In this document: one piece after another, positions 9,414 through 21,300 of the stretch
How the letters are laid out: every line of letters begins with the position of its first letter
How positions within the stretch are numbered: the stretch's first letter is position 1
From: Actinomycetes bacterium
Lineage (GTDB): Bacteria > Actinomycetota > Acidimicrobiia > Acidimicrobiales > JAMCPL01
Direction of reading: 5' to 3'
Assembly (NCBI GenBank): GCA_021841005.1
Contig: JAKBVZ010000013.1
Location: 9,364 to 73,363, forward strand
Length of the DNA: 64,000 bases
The notes under the pieces: generated by a model
The model's database searches: none
What the model was told of the DNA's origin: nothing
The model's input: the letters and a program-made list of their open reading frames with translations, nothing else
Translations under genes and position numbers: made by a program

Positions 9414-12296
9414 TCAGCATCGAGACCTAGCGTCGGAAAGCTCCTCGGGGGTCATCAGAACGGCCCGTGCCTTGGAGCCCTCCGATGGACCGACAACCCC
9501 CTTGCGTTCGAGAAGATCCATCAGCCTACCCGCACGTGCAAAACCGACCTTCAGCTTTCGTTGCAACATAGAAGTTGAACCGATCTGCGAATTGACCACC
9601 AGTTCCAATGCGGCATCCAGCAACTCATCATCTTCTGACGACACCGTTCCTCGCGATGAGGGTGTTTGCGCACCTTCGACACCAGCCACGTATTGTGCCT
9701 GCCTCTGACGTTTCCAGTAGCCGACAATCACCTGCACTTCGCGTGAGTCCGCCCATGCGCCCTGAATGCGCCTTGGCACCGATGACGATGCAGTAAGCAT
9801 GAGCATATCTCCCTTGCTCACCAGACGTTCCGCCCCAGGCTGATCGAGGATGACCCTGCTGTCAGCTAGAGACGACACCGCGAAAGCAAGGCGGGATGGC
9901 ACGTTGGCCTTTATGACACCAGTGATGACATCCACCGAAGGCCTCTGAGTGGCAAGTACGAGATGCACGCCTACTGCTCTGGCCATTTGCGCTATCCGGC
10001 ACACCGAGTCCTCCACATCACGAGCCGCCACCATCATCAGATCATTCAATTCGTCGACCACGACCACTATGTATGGCAACGGGGAGTGCTCGACGACTGC
10101 GACTCGGTCGCTATCCTTCTCGCCATCCACATGAGCGCCGTTGGTGGCATCTTCAACATCCACCCCATCGTGCATCGCCGGTTCCAGCCGCAACGATGGA
10201 CTTGGCAGTTGCGCGCCACCGTCCGCAGTATCCGCCATCTCATCGGTCGTCCGTCGGACACCATCTGCTGCATCTCCAACCCCCACCACCTCTTCGGCCC
10301 GACCGTTCGAAATGATGATGTCATTGTACCCAGCTATATCACGCGCACCCACCTCGGCTAGAAGGCGGTACCGCCTGTCCATCTCATCCACGGCCCAGCT
10401 GAGCGCGTTTGCAGCCTTGCGGGGGTCCACGACCACTTCGGTGAGGAGGTGTGGAAGTCCGCTGTAAGGTCCGAGTTCCACCCGTTTCGGATCTATCAGG
10501 ATGAGCCGTACCTGGTCAGGCGTAGCCCTCATCAGCAGGGACGTGATCAGCGCATTGATACATGATGACTTACCGGAGCCGGTCGCACCGGATATCAGGA
10601 GATGCGGCATATCCGATAAGTTCACCATTACCGCCTTGCCCGATATATCGCGGCCGAGGGCGACGTTCAACGGATGCGTGTCTGCCCTGGCCTCCTTGCT
10701 CGACAGTATGTCACCAAGTGTGACCAACTCCCTGTCATGGTTGGGCACCTCGATGCCGATGGCGGACTTGCCGGGTATAGGTGCAATGATACGTACATCA
10801 GGGGAGGCCATCGCGTATGCTATATCCTTCGACAGGCTGGTCACCCTGGCAACCTTGACGCCGGAACCCAATTCCAGCTCGTATCTGGTAACGGTTGGCC
10901 CTACAGTGAACCCAGCCAGCCTCGTGTCCACTCCATGGGAGGCCAGCGCGCCCACCAATGCACGCCCTACGTTCTCGACATCCTGACGATCGACCGACAT
11001 CGGCCTGGATCTCGCCAGCATCTGTAGGGGGGGCAACCTCCATCCACCACGACCGGACCCCGGGAAAAGCTGCTGCTGGATGTATTCGCCGTCCAATCCA
11101 CCATCCTTGAGCATGTCCTCCGCACGCCCTTCCGCCCCTGCCTTTTCGCCACGGGAATAAAGTGCAGCTATATCTTCCGCTCCATGCTCCTGTTCACGAG
11201 AGTGACCCGGGTGGGCGGACCCATCTGGTACGTCGAGCGGGCCCGGTATATCAGCGCCACCAGTACCTCCGCGCCGTCCAGACCTAGTGCCACTAGATGC
11301 TATGCCAGCAATACCAGCTGAGCTGGCCAGATCCCCGGTAACCGCCAATCCAGATCCATCGTATGTAGCGGCATCTCCTACCATAAGATCGTTGCCAAGA
11401 TCATCTCCAGATCCCGAGAGATCATGCACGAACTCGCCAGTTGGCATTCCGGAAGCCTCGCGCGCTCCCCCCTGTCCTGCGACTTCACCCAATGGCCGGC
11501 CGCGCTTCGATCCCGCCGGGAATGTGCCGACACCCGCAGCTTGCATTCCTTCGCCCGGAGGGTTTGCACCGGTTGCGTCAGGAGCGGTATGCAGGTAAGC
11601 CCAGGCACGCCGGATACCGTTCGATACAAAGCGCACGACCTGGCGCAGTGTCATGCCCGTGATCACAAGCGTGGCAAACATGCCAAGGGCGGAAAGCAGG
11701 ATCACCGTACCGGCTGCACCCAGCCCTGCCGCCGGTAGGCCGCCGGCACCTACGCCCAGCCATCCGCCCGCCCCTGCTAGCGCGGATGGTGGATGAGCAC
11801 CAATTCCAGGAAAGCCGGCTGCCACATCGGCCAGACCGGATACGCATGCCATGACTATGGCCGTTGCACTTGCCTGCCATGGAAGGTCTCGAACAATACG
11901 CCCGGTAAACGCGTACCCCGCTGCTATGGCAAGCAGCACCGGGAGTGCGAAACGCGTTACACCGATAGACAGCCCCAGGTACCTTCTCGATACCAGTCCG
12001 ACCGGACCGAGCGAATCGCCATATAGCGCAAGCGCAAGCAGCACAGCAGCAAGAAGCAACAATATGCCTACCAGATCCATTTTGTGGCGTTCGGCGGCAG
12101 TCGATCGAAGGTGAGACCCTTGCGCTTTCGTAGTCTCTAATGCCTGCTTGCTCCTCGCTCCCCTGGAAGGCGCCGCTGCCTGCCTGATTGGCTCTCCCCT
12201 AGAGGGCGCGACAACCCTACTGCTCGTACCTGTACTGCCGGCCCGCCGCATTCTCGCGCCGACACCCTTCTTGGCCTTAGGCCGCGCCACACTCAT
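9414..12296 (-). CDS. ftsK: DNA translocase FtsK/SpoIIIE
   Basis: 960 aa. N-terminal transmembrane segments and a low-complexity linker. Motor domain has Walker A GATGSGKS and Walker B VVVVDE. C-terminal winged-helix gamma domain (STSMLQRKLKVGFARAGRLMD). Confidence 0.93.
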   Translation of the reverse strand: MSVARPKAKKGVGARMRRAGSTGTSSRVVAPSRGEPIRQAAAPSRGARSKQALETTKAQGSHLRSTAAERHKMDLVGILLLLAAVLLALALYGDSLGPVGLVSRRYLGLSIGVTRFALPVLLAIAAGYAFTGRIVRDLPWQASATAIVMACVSGLADVAAGFPGIGAHPPSALAGAGGWLGVGAGGLPAAGLGAAGTVILLSALGMFATLVITGMTLRQVVRFVSNGIRRAWAYLHTAPDATGANPPGEGMQAAGVGTFPAGSKRGRPLGEVAGQGGAREASGMPTGEFVHDLSGSGDDLGNDLMVGDAATYDGSGLAVTGDLASSAGIAGIASSGTRSGRRGGTGGADIPGPLDVPDGSAHPGHSREQEHGAEDIAALYSRGEKAGAEGRAEDMLKDGGLDGEYIQQQLFPGSGRGGWRLPPLQMLARSRPMSVDRQDVENVGRALVGALASHGVDTRLAGFTVGPTVTRYELELGSGVKVARVTSLSKDIAYAMASPDVRIIAPIPGKSAIGIEVPNHDRELVTLGDILSSKEARADTHPLNVALGRDISGKAVMVNLSDMPHLLISGATGSGKSSCINALITSLLMRATPDQVRLILIDPKRVELGPYSGLPHLLTEVVVDPRKAANALSWAVDEMDRRYRLLAEVGARDIAGYNDIIISNGRAEEVVGVGDAADGVRRTTDEMADTADGGAQLPSPSLRLEPAMHDGVDVEDATNGAHVDGEKDSDRVAVVEHSPLPYIVVVVDELNDLMMVAARDVEDSVCRIAQMARAVGVHLVLATQRPSVDVITGVIKANVPSRLAFAVSSLADSRVILDQPGAERLVSKGDMLMLTASSSVPRRIQGAWADSREVQVIVGYWKRQRQAQYVAGVEGAQTPSSRGTVSSEDDELLDAALELVVNSQIGSTSMLQRKLKVGFARAGRLMDLLERKGVVGPSEGSKARAVLMTPEELSDARSRC

Positions 12297-12381
12297 TATT
12301 GATCCTGTAACCGACAGTGCAATCCATTTACCTCACAGTTTACGCCGGAAGGCTACAAATGTGTTGGATGCTCAGCCATCC

Positions 12382-12413
12382 ATGATCACTCACATGATCA
12401 CTCACATGATCAC
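12382..12413. repeat. 12-bp tandem repeat ATGATCACTCAC x2.7
   Basis: Read directly. Overlaps the rnj stop codon. Confidence 0.9.
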
Positions 12414-14078
12414 GACAACGGGCACGATCAGCGGGCGCCTCTTGGTCCGCTCTCCTACCAGCCTGCCAAGCGCCTGGCGTGCATGGCGATGGAGCGTTTC
12501 GTCGTCAGACGCCCCATCCGCTATAGCCTTTTCGAGACTCGTGCGCACTGTGGCAGCGGCCTCTTCGAGCAGATCTTCGGCTTCTTTTGCATGCACCCAT
12601 CCTCTGGTGACTATCTCCGGAGTACCCACCACCTCCCCTGCGTGCAAATCCACCACCGCCATCACCACTATCATCCCCTCCTCAGCAAGAGCTCTCCGGT
12701 CTCTCAGGACACCGTGGCTGACATCGCCCACCGTCCCGTCGACATACAGGAAGCCGGCGGGAACATTGCCGTCGCGAACAAGACTGCTGCCGTCCAGCCT
12801 TACGCGGTTGCCATCCTCACAGATCAGAACGTGCCCTGGATCCACCCCGCTCTGCGAGGCAAGCTGGGCGTGCTGTACCAGATGGCGCAATTCGCCATGT
12901 ACCGGAATGAAATACTCCGGCCTAGTCAGGGAAAGAAGCGTACGCAGCTCGCCCCTGCGTGCGTGACCACTCACATGTACCTGCTCTATGCCTGTATGTA
13001 TAACTCCAGCTCCACGGCGGGTGAGACCATTGATCACCTTGCCAACGGCCCACTCGTTGCCGGGAATAGGGTGAGCACTGATTATCACCAGATCATCCTT
13101 GCCCAGTTTCATCACCCTGCTCTCGCCAGCCGCAAGAAGCGCCAGTGCAGAGAGGGGCTCACCCTGAGACCCGGTGCATATCACGCATACCTTGCCAGGA
13201 TCGAGACTGCTGACCGATTCGACCGGTACCTGGTCTTTTTCAGGAAGGTCCAGCAAACCGAGCCCCCTGGCAAGCTCAATGTTCTTCTCCATGGACCTTC
13301 CAAGAGCCGCAATCTTCCTGCCCGATTCCCTGGCGGCGGTGGCCACCTGCTGTATCCTGTGTATATGGCTAGCAAAACATGCAGCCACGATACGTTTGCC
13401 GGGATTGGCGACCATCACCCGGCTGATGGCCTCGCCCACCACCGACTCAGACAGGGTAAAACCTGGCTCGTCTGCATTGGTGGAGTCCGACATCAGTAGC
13501 CGTATCCCCTCGTTGTGAGCCAGAGATCCTATCCGCGAGAGATCCGTAAACCTTCCATCTATGGGCGCCAGATCGAGCTTGAAATCACCCGAATGGAGGA
13601 TGATGCCCTGGCGGGTATGGAATGCAGTGGCAAAACCGTGAGGGACCGAGTGTGTCACCGGTATGAACTCGACCCCGAAAGGACCAATCTGGACCAGATC
13701 GCCGTCCTTCACCTCCCGGAACTGCGCTCTCCCTGCAAGCCCTGCCTCTTCCACCCGGTGTCTCGCCAAGGAAAGGGTGAGTGCCGATCCGTACACCGGT
13801 ATCTTGAGTTCCCGAAGCAGGTAAGGAAGCCCGCCTGTATGGTCCTCGTGCCCATGGGTCAGTACGAGCCCATCGACCGATCCGGCCCTTTCATGGATGT
13901 AATCGAAATTGGGCAGTACGAGATCCACTCCCGGCATGTCAGGCTCCGGGAACATGACACCGCAATCGAGAATGACCATGCGGCCATCCGACTCTATGCA
14001 GGCGCAGTTGCGCCCGATCTCTCCAAGGCCACCAAGGAAGGTGATGGTTACTGCGCTCTTACGGCTCTTACGTGTCAT
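12402..14078 (-). CDS. rnj: ribonuclease J
   Basis: 558 aa. Metallo-beta-lactamase/beta-CASP fold with HGHEDHTGG; overall RNase J architecture. Confidence 0.93.
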   Translation of the reverse strand: MTRKSRKSAVTITFLGGLGEIGRNCACIESDGRMVILDCGVMFPEPDMPGVDLVLPNFDYIHERAGSVDGLVLTHGHEDHTGGLPYLLRELKIPVYGSALTLSLARHRVEEAGLAGRAQFREVKDGDLVQIGPFGVEFIPVTHSVPHGFATAFHTRQGIILHSGDFKLDLAPIDGRFTDLSRIGSLAHNEGIRLLMSDSTNADEPGFTLSESVVGEAISRVMVANPGKRIVAACFASHIHRIQQVATAARESGRKIAALGRSMEKNIELARGLGLLDLPEKDQVPVESVSSLDPGKVCVICTGSQGEPLSALALLAAGESRVMKLGKDDLVIISAHPIPGNEWAVGKVINGLTRRGAGVIHTGIEQVHVSGHARRGELRTLLSLTRPEYFIPVHGELRHLVQHAQLASQSGVDPGHVLICEDGNRVRLDGSSLVRDGNVPAGFLYVDGTVGDVSHGVLRDRRALAEEGMIVVMAVVDLHAGEVVGTPEIVTRGWVHAKEAEDLLEEAAATVRTSLEKAIADGASDDETLHRHARQALGRLVGERTKRRPLIVPVVVIM

Positions 14079-14197
14079 GGACTATCCTCTCCAGTAATAA
14101 TTGGCGGCGGCCGGCGGAACGACCTGGCAACTCGCCGGTAATCCGGCGGGTGAGAACGGACGTACCGTGGAGCACGGTCATATACCGCCAGAAACAG

Positions 14198-14230
14198 AAA
14201 GTACGGCACAATCATGCGGCCCTGTACTTT
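14198..14230 (-). terminator. putative intrinsic terminator downstream of uvrB
   Basis: On the minus strand: AAAGTAC...GTACTTT stem followed by the T-rich CTGTTTCTGG. Starts 8 nt after the uvrB stop. Confidence 0.35.
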
Positions 14231-14237
14231 GCATCCC

Positions 14238-16427
14238 TCATATACTTGCCTCCCTCACTCGCTCAGCTTCCAGGGCCATCTCCCTGTGTATCTCGAATAT
14301 CTCATCGCGTAACGCCGCCGCCTCCTCGTAACGCAACTCGCTCGCGGCACGCCTCATCTCGCTCTCGAGCAGGTCCAAGCGGGACTCCACATCCAACGAA
14401 AACCCTTCGCCTGTTCTACTTCCAACCGTCCTTGCACCTGTATCCACGGGAGCACGAGCAACGTGGCCGGGGGCGGGTAACTCCGATCCTATTGCCACAT
14501 GCATCGGGTCATCAGCCGGAATACCACTGCCGGTTGGAGTGCCGGCTTCCCTGTGAGCACCATGCCCTCGAAGCCGTAGACCACCAGCGCGCCGGACCAT
14601 CCCAGCCTGAACCCTACCGGTTCGAGCTTCCCGGGGCCGTATCCGATCCAGAATATCCGCCACAGACTTCTGCACGCTGACCGGGTCTATGCCATGTGCA
14701 ATGTTGTAAGCCCGCTGTACCTCCCTCCTGCGCTCCGTCTCGTGTATAGCATAACGCATGGCATCCGTAATGGTATCCGCATACAACACGACCCTGCCAT
14801 GGACATTCCGCGCGGCACGCCCCATTGTCTGGATAAGCGAGGATCCTGATCTCAAGAACCCTTCCTTGTCTGCATCGAGGATGGCCACAAGGGCAACCTC
14901 AGGAAGATCCAGCCCTTCTCTGAGAAGATTGATACCTACCAGTACATCAAAGACGCCGAGCCTCAAATCTCGGACCAGCTCGATACGTTCGATAGTGTTC
15001 ACATCAGAGTGCATGTAGCGTACTCGTTGCCCTGACTCAGCCAGGTAGTCCGTAAGATCCTCCGCCATCTTCTTGGTAAGGGTGGTCACGAGCGCACGCT
15101 GCCCATTGCTCGCAGCCGCTTTGAGGCGATCCAGCAAATCGTCTATCTGTCCCTTGGTTGGGCGCAGGATGACTTCTGGATCCACCAGTCCGGTAGGCCT
15201 GATGACTTGTTCGGCAACCTGCTCCGATACCTCCATCTCATACGGACCCGGAGTTGCGGACAGGAAGATAGCCTGCGGCACCTTCGATACGAACTCATCG
15301 AACGTAAGCGGCCGGTTGTCCAGCGCTGATGGCAGCCTGAAGCCGTGTTCGACAAGGGTTGCCTTTCGAGACCGGTCCCCCTCGTACTGCCCATGCAGCT
15401 GCGGAATGGCCACATGGCTCTCATCCACAACTACGAGCATGTCCTCGGGGAAATAATCCAGCAACGTGTAAGGCATCTCGCCTGGACGGCGACCATCAAG
15501 GTGGCGGCTGTAATTCTCCACCCCGTTGCAGCTTCCCACGACAGCCAGCATTTCGAGATCGTGCTCCGTACGAAGCTTCAAACGCTGGGCTTCCAGCAGC
15601 TTCCCAGCTTCGTCCAACTCGGCCAGCCTGTGCCCGAGTTCTTCCTCTATGGATGCTATGGCATTCCTGAGTCGCATCTCCCCTGCCACGTAGTGCGTAG
15701 CAGGGAGCAGTACCAGGTCGTTGAGAACTTCAAGGACCTTGCCCGTGACCGTATCAAATCGCGTGATTGAAGTCACCTCATCCCCGAAAAGCTCGATCCG
15801 TATGGCATCCTCCTCATAGGCTGGATGGATTTCGACCGTATCACCCCTCACGCGGAAGTGCCCTCGTCCGATATCCATGTCATTGCGCTTGTAGTGGATC
15901 CTTACAAAATCACGTAGCAGCTCGCGCTGGTCCACGCTCTGGCCGACGGTCAAGACCACCATATTGTTCCTGTACTCAGATGGCGAGCCTAGGCCGTATA
16001 TACAGGACACCGATGCCACGACCACTACATCGCGCCGCAACAGAAGTGCCGAGGTCGCAGAGTGGCGCAACCTATCAATTTCTTCGTTGATGGAGGAATC
16101 CTTTTCTATATAAGTGTCGCTGGTGGGCAGGTATGCCTCGGGCTGATAGTAATCATAATACGATACGAAGTATTCGACCCTGTTCTTTGGCATCAGCTCC
16201 TTGAGCTCGGAAGAGAGTTGGGCAGCTAACGACTTGTTGGGCTCGATGACAAGAGTGGGACGCTGGACCGCCTCTATCACCCATGCGATGGTTGCAGTCT
16301 TGCCGCTGCCCGTAACACCCAGAAGAGTCTGGAAGCGCATACCGCTGTCGATCCCCCTGGAAAGCGCCTCTATGGCCTGCGGCTGATCACCAGCAGGTCT
16401 GAATGGGGAAATTACCTCTATATCCAT
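14238..16427 (-). CDS. uvrB: excinuclease ABC subunit B
   Basis: 729 aa. GVTGSGKT Walker A, DESH box (VVVDESHV), and a C-terminal UVR domain ([13 protein letters not shown]) after a roughly 90-aa low-complexity linker. Confidence 0.95.
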   Translation of the reverse strand: MDIEVISPFRPAGDQPQAIEALSRGIDSGMRFQTLLGVTGSGKTATIAWVIEAVQRPTLVIEPNKSLAAQLSSELKELMPKNRVEYFVSYYDYYQPEAYLPTSDTYIEKDSSINEEIDRLRHSATSALLLRRDVVVVASVSCIYGLGSPSEYRNNMVVLTVGQSVDQRELLRDFVRIHYKRNDMDIGRGHFRVRGDTVEIHPAYEEDAIRIELFGDEVTSITRFDTVTGKVLEVLNDLVLLPATHYVAGEMRLRNAIASIEEELGHRLAELDEAGKLLEAQRLKLRTEHDLEMLAVVGSCNGVENYSRHLDGRRPGEMPYTLLDYFPEDMLVVVDESHVAIPQLHGQYEGDRSRKATLVEHGFRLPSALDNRPLTFDEFVSKVPQAIFLSATPGPYEMEVSEQVAEQVIRPTGLVDPEVILRPTKGQIDDLLDRLKAAASNGQRALVTTLTKKMAEDLTDYLAESGQRVRYMHSDVNTIERIELVRDLRLGVFDVLVGINLLREGLDLPEVALVAILDADKEGFLRSGSSLIQTMGRAARNVHGRVVLYADTITDAMRYAIHETERRREVQRAYNIAHGIDPVSVQKSVADILDRIRPREARTGRVQAGMVRRAGGLRLRGHGAHREAGTPTGSGIPADDPMHVAIGSELPAPGHVARAPVDTGARTVGSRTGEGFSLDVESRLDLLESEMRRAASELRYEEAAALRDEIFEIHREMALEAERVREASI

Positions 16428-16428
16428 G

Positions 16429-17040
16429 TCATCGTGACCACTGCAACAGCCAATCCCACAGGCGTTCCACTTGCCTCGACAGCCTGTCCAGGGTGCCGGA
16501 ATTGTCCAGCACGTAATCTGCTAACGACAGCCTCTCGGTTCGACCCATCTGAGCGGCAAGCCTTGCCTCAGCCTCATCGCGAGTCATGTTCCTAGCGGAC
16601 ATAATGCGAGATACGGCCACTTCACTCGGACAATCCACCACCACCACCACGTCCAAGCGAAGGATCTTCTTATGATCGGCTGAGAGGAGTGGAATATCAA
16701 ACACACCTACGCCACCCGTATGATCGAGCGCTTCCCTACGTCCGATCAGCACGGCCCCGATCTCTGGATGGGTAATCGCATTGAGAGCATCGAGCATCTC
16801 CCGATTCCCAAACACAAGCGATGCCAACTTTTTCCTATCCACCTCCCCGTTGCCAGCCAGGATGCCGCTACCGAACTCGGCAACTAGCGAGTCGAATGCG
16901 GGCATACCCGGGCGGCATACATCCCTTGCAATCAGGTCGGCATCGACTACCGTAGCACCCCTAGAAGCCAATGCACGTGCTACCGTAGATTTGCCGCTGC
17001 CTATGCCACCACTGAGGCCAACAGCGAGAACCGGAATCAT
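16429..17040 (-). CDS. coaE: dephospho-CoA kinase
   Basis: 203 aa. P-loop [12 protein letters not shown] at the N-terminus. Immediately upstream of uvrB (1-nt gap). Confidence 0.9.
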   Translation of the reverse strand: MIPVLAVGLSGGIGSGKSTVARALASRGATVVDADLIARDVCRPGMPAFDSLVAEFGSGILAGNGEVDRKKLASLVFGNREMLDALNAITHPEIGAVLIGRREALDHTGGVGVFDIPLLSADHKKILRLDVVVVVDCPSEVAVSRIMSARNMTRDEAEARLAAQMGRTERLSLADYVLDNSGTLDRLSRQVERLWDWLLQWSR

Positions 17041-17234
17041 CTATACTACGGCTGCCTTCGTTCCACGGTAGGAGAATCCTGGACGACTTCCGCCGGCTGC
17101 GCGGCTTGTGCCGGTTGGATAACCCATGCAGTCATGACACTGGGCAAGCTGACCTCGTTCTCACGGCAACCACTCTGTATGTGGACAGACCTTGCAGCAG
17201 TACGCTGCACACGCTCGACACCTGACCAAGTGAC

Positions 17235-18026
17235 TCATGACACCGTATTCGGCTTGCCCGCCACTGCAAAAAGCGCCAGTGTCGTGCTGTCCACCTCATT
17301 GGTCACAAAAAAATCATCAGCCGATATCCCCGTAGTGCCCCCTACGTCACCCCTGGCCACCAAGCGGTATGCGAATGGCAGCAACTTCTCATAAGCAGCC
17401 ACATACCACGCTTCGGGTATCTTGTGGCGGATACCGAGAAAATCCAGGGCCAGTAGCCTCCTGCCCCACACTCTCCTCGAACGAAAATCCGCCTTCACTT
17501 CCTCATCTCCATCCAAGCCACCAACCCATACGCTGGAGAAGTAACGACCGAGCAATTCTTGAAGGCTCGCCTTAGTGAACGGATGGAGGTGAAACGGATT
17601 CTCGAAATCAGCCGGCTGGTTTGGAGTGATGAAGAATGCGGTTCCACCAGGCTTGAGTATCCTGGCCACCTCGGCCACATGCAGTTCCGGCTCCTTGAAG
17701 TGCTCGATCAGGTGCGATGAGCAAGTCCAGTCAAAGCCACCTCCATGAAGCGCAAGGCGCGTAGCGTCCATCCTGGCCACATGCAACCCTGATTCATGGT
17801 AATTCTCCAGTGCAGCAAGGACAGCACCCTCGTCGTAGTCCACACCCAGCACCTCACGGCCGGGAGTGATGAAACCTGCGGACTCAAAACCCTCACCACA
17901 ACCCAGATCCAGTAGGCGACCCGTACCGAGCCGGGATCGTATTTCCCTGTAGCCAGCTGCGTGGAAAGCCAGCAGCGAATCAGGCGTACGTCCGGGAAGT
18001 GGGCGCTCCCCGGTTAGCCCTGCCAC
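17235..18026 (-). CDS. class I SAM-dependent methyltransferase
   Basis: Motif I LLDLGCGEGF and the typical downstream acidic and LKPGG motifs. Confidence 0.75.
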   Translation of the reverse strand: MAGLTGERPLPGRTPDSLLAFHAAGYREIRSRLGTGRLLDLGCGEGFESAGFITPGREVLGVDYDEGAVLAALENYHESGLHVARMDATRLALHGGGFDWTCSSHLIEHFKEPELHVAEVARILKPGGTAFFITPNQPADFENPFHLHPFTKASLQELLGRYFSSVWVGGLDGDEEVKADFRSRRVWGRRLLALDFLGIRHKIPEAWYVAAYEKLLPFAYRLVARGDVGGTTGISADDFFVTNEVDSTTLALFAVAGKPNTVS

Positions 18027-18357
18027 GCCGGCTCCGGCATGACATCATAGACATGAAGCCTGGACAACGCCGCTCGCGACACACATAGGCACGCCATATG
18101 ATTCGAGCCCGCACGCGCTCGCAAACCTGCTAGCAGGCAGGAAGGGTACGTACCTGCCCCCGTCCGGTGGGTACCTGATAGTAAGCTGGCACTCTTGTGA
18201 TTAGGCATATAGCATAATCTAGTCCATGGAATGCAGTGTTGTGTATACGTCCGTTGGTTCTGGGCACGCTACACGGCCCTGCAGCAAGAATACCGTGAAC
18301 TCCGGGGAGGTTGGATGAGCCACACATGAACAATTGCGAGAGAGATAGACCGATCCG

Positions 18358-21300
18358 TTGAAACAGTTGAAAACAGTCTTTGGTACCACCAAGAACGCCA
18401 GGCACGTAAAAGTACGCACGAGGTCGCCATGGTACAGATCGGCAGGGTATGTGGTTGTCGCACTGGTGGCATACATCCCCCAGTTGCTGGCACAGCCCGG
18501 AGTGGTCGTATCTGATACCAAGAGCTACCTTTACCTGGACCCGGGCCGCTTTCTCGCCCAGTCTATGTATATGTGGTACCCCGGCATGGCGGCGGGAACA
18601 GTGACCCACGAGCGCATCGGCTACCTTTTCCCGATGGGTCCATTCTTCCTTGCCACCCGCCTCATGGGCATCCCGTTATGGGTAGCCGAACGCCTATGGA
18701 TGGGCAGTATCTTATTGGCAGCCGGTGCAGGCGTACTCTACATGGCAAACGTGATCGGAATCAATGGGCCCGGACGGATTGTGGCGGCACTGGCCTACAT
18801 GATTTCACCGTACTTCCTCCAGTACGTGGGAAGGGAATCGGTCATCACGCTGGCCTGGGCAGGACTCCCTTTCATGATAGCGTATGCTGAAAAATCGCTT
18901 AGGAACGTAGAAGCCAGGCGTGCAGGCAAAGTGAACACCGGCAATGCTAAAGATGGCCCAGCTGTCGCTGGCAGCGCTCCAGCAAGCACCAGCGCTCCAG
19001 CAAGCACCAGCGCTCCAGCAAGCACTAATTCAGGCGTCACGACGAGCGTAAGTGCTCATTCGGGCACTGCCCTTCCCGCATGCACCGGCAACTCCGAGAA
19101 AATGCACCAGGGACACCCCTGGCGGTATCCAGCCCTTTTCGCCATCGTCGTTGCCACCGTGAGCGGGATCAACGCGACGGCGATACTCTACCTGGGTCTG
19201 GCCCCCGTACTGTGGATAATATTTCAGGCAAGGGTCACCAGAGAACATGACTGGAAAACCGCGTGGGGCGCCGTATGGAGAATCGGGCTCCTGACCACAT
19301 GGCTGTCACTATGGTGGGCCGCCGGTTTGCAGGTGGAGGCAGGCTACGGAATCAACGTCCTGAAATACACCGAAACAGTGCCGGCTGTGGCGTCGTCATC
19401 GCTGGCTTCAGAAGTACTTAGAGGGCTTGGATACTGGTACTTCTACGGCGGCGGCAGGCTCGGGCCATGGGTAGTCACCTCGGTAGAGATGACCCAGCAC
19501 ATTTCCACCCTGGCATTCAGCTTTGCCGTTCCCGCACTGGCATTTCTCTCCGCGATCTGGGTGTCATTCAGGTACCGCTCATACTTTGCCTTCCTGGTGG
19601 CATTTGGCATGGTATTCGCAGTTGGAACATACCCATACCTGCACCCCTCCCTGATCGGCGAATTGCTCAAACTCTTCATGACCAGAACGACTGCCGGATT
19701 TGCAATACGCTCCACGGACAGGGCGACACCCATGGTGATATTGGGAACTTCAATCCTACTGGGCCTGGGAGTGACCGCTCTGTGGAAGCACAGGCGAGCC
19801 GCCGGACTGGCGGCGGCAGCACTCTGCGCCGCTGCGATAGCACTTGCCAACCCTGCAGTATGGAATGGTACGACAGTGCCCGATCACTTTACACAGCCTC
19901 ATCCACTGCCGTCCTACGAGTACAAGGTCGCATCCTGGCTCGATACCCATGGAAAGGGAACACGGGTACTGGTCGAGCCAGGAGAGGACTTTGCCGCATA
20001 CCGGTGGGGCGATACCATAGACACCATCTACCCTGGCATATCTACGCGACAGTTCATAGTGCGTGAACAGCTCATCATGGGTTCGCTGCCTACAGCGGAC
20101 ATGATGTACGCCATCGACAGCCCTATCCAGGAAGGAGCCTACAACTGGAAAGCGCTGGCGGGAATGGCCAGGCTGTTTTCCGCCGGCGATCTTCTGGTGC
20201 AGAACAACCTGCAGTACGAACGCTACGGTATGCCACATCCACGCATACTGTGGCAGCATTTCCTGAAACCTATACCCGGCTTAGGAGCTCCTATCGGTTT
20301 CGGGAAGCCCGTTCCAAACAGATCCACCATACCCTGGGTGGACGAGCAGGTATTGAAGTCACCGGCTGACCTTCCCTGGCCATCGCCGGTCGAGGTGCTG
20401 CCGGTCAAGAACCCGCGGCCTATTGTCAGGGGAGAGTCCACCTCCAATGCCCTCATAGTGGATGGTGACGCAAGCGGCATAGCAGATGCTGCAAGCGTGG
20501 GGCTTCTGAATGGTAATCCTGCCGTGCTCTACGCAGGTACCCTGGACGGCCACCCAGGTCAGCTGGCATCCGCCATGAAGCAAGGCGCCGTGCTGGTGGT
20601 AACCGATTCAAATAAGTTGCGTGCCTTCAAGTGGGACCTGCTACATGGAAATGTGGGATACACCGAGACGGCATCCGAACATTACGCAAGCAAGCATCCG
20701 AGCGACGCACCTCTACGCATCTTCGGCAAGCAGCCGGCATCAGCAATGACGACGGCCAGGTTCACCGGAGATGTTTCATCAGTAACTGCATCGTCATACG
20801 GGAACGCGGTGGCCTATAACCCAGAATACCAACCGGCAATGGCCATCGATGGCAACCTGAATACCAGCTGGCAGGTTGGAGCATTTGGGGTTGCCTCAGG
20901 GCAGTGGTGGCAGCTCCATCTGCGCCGTCCCCTCACTGCAGACAAGGTCAATCTGGTACAGCCGTTTGGTAGCCTCACTCGCTACATCACCAAAGTCACT
21001 CTCTTTTTCAGCTCATCCAAGCATCCCAACTTCCCTAATGGCTCCAGCGCACCGGACAAAGGACTGACCGTCGATCTCAACGCAGCTTCCCTCACCCCTC
21101 AAGGCCAGACCATCACCTTTCATAAGAGATCATTTACTACGCTACGAATCCGCATCGATCGGACCAATAGAAGCCAGCTGAAGTCAAAGACGGCCGTGCC
21201 ACCGGTAGGATTCTCCGAAATACGAATACCCGGCGTAACGACACAACGTTACCTGGCCATGCCGAAGGATCTGCTCACCCTGGCCGGTCCTGCGTCAATC

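Noticed and set aside
12148-13518. Long plus-strand ORFs (12148-12966, 12483-13499, 13174-13518) opposite rnj.
   Set aside because: They are antisense to a well-supported RNase J gene. They are R/P/S/H-rich with no motifs, the typical shadow ORFs of GC-rich DNA. The same reasoning applies to 14072-14680, 25960-26469, 29623-30390, 41517-42110, 54926-55486, 57936-58725 and similar.
18027-18357. A tRNA-like or small RNA gene in the 331-bp divergent intergenic region (GATTCGAGCCC resembles a T-arm).
   Set aside because: No matching T-stem, acceptor stem or anticodon arm could be built around it. It is most likely just divergent promoter DNA.
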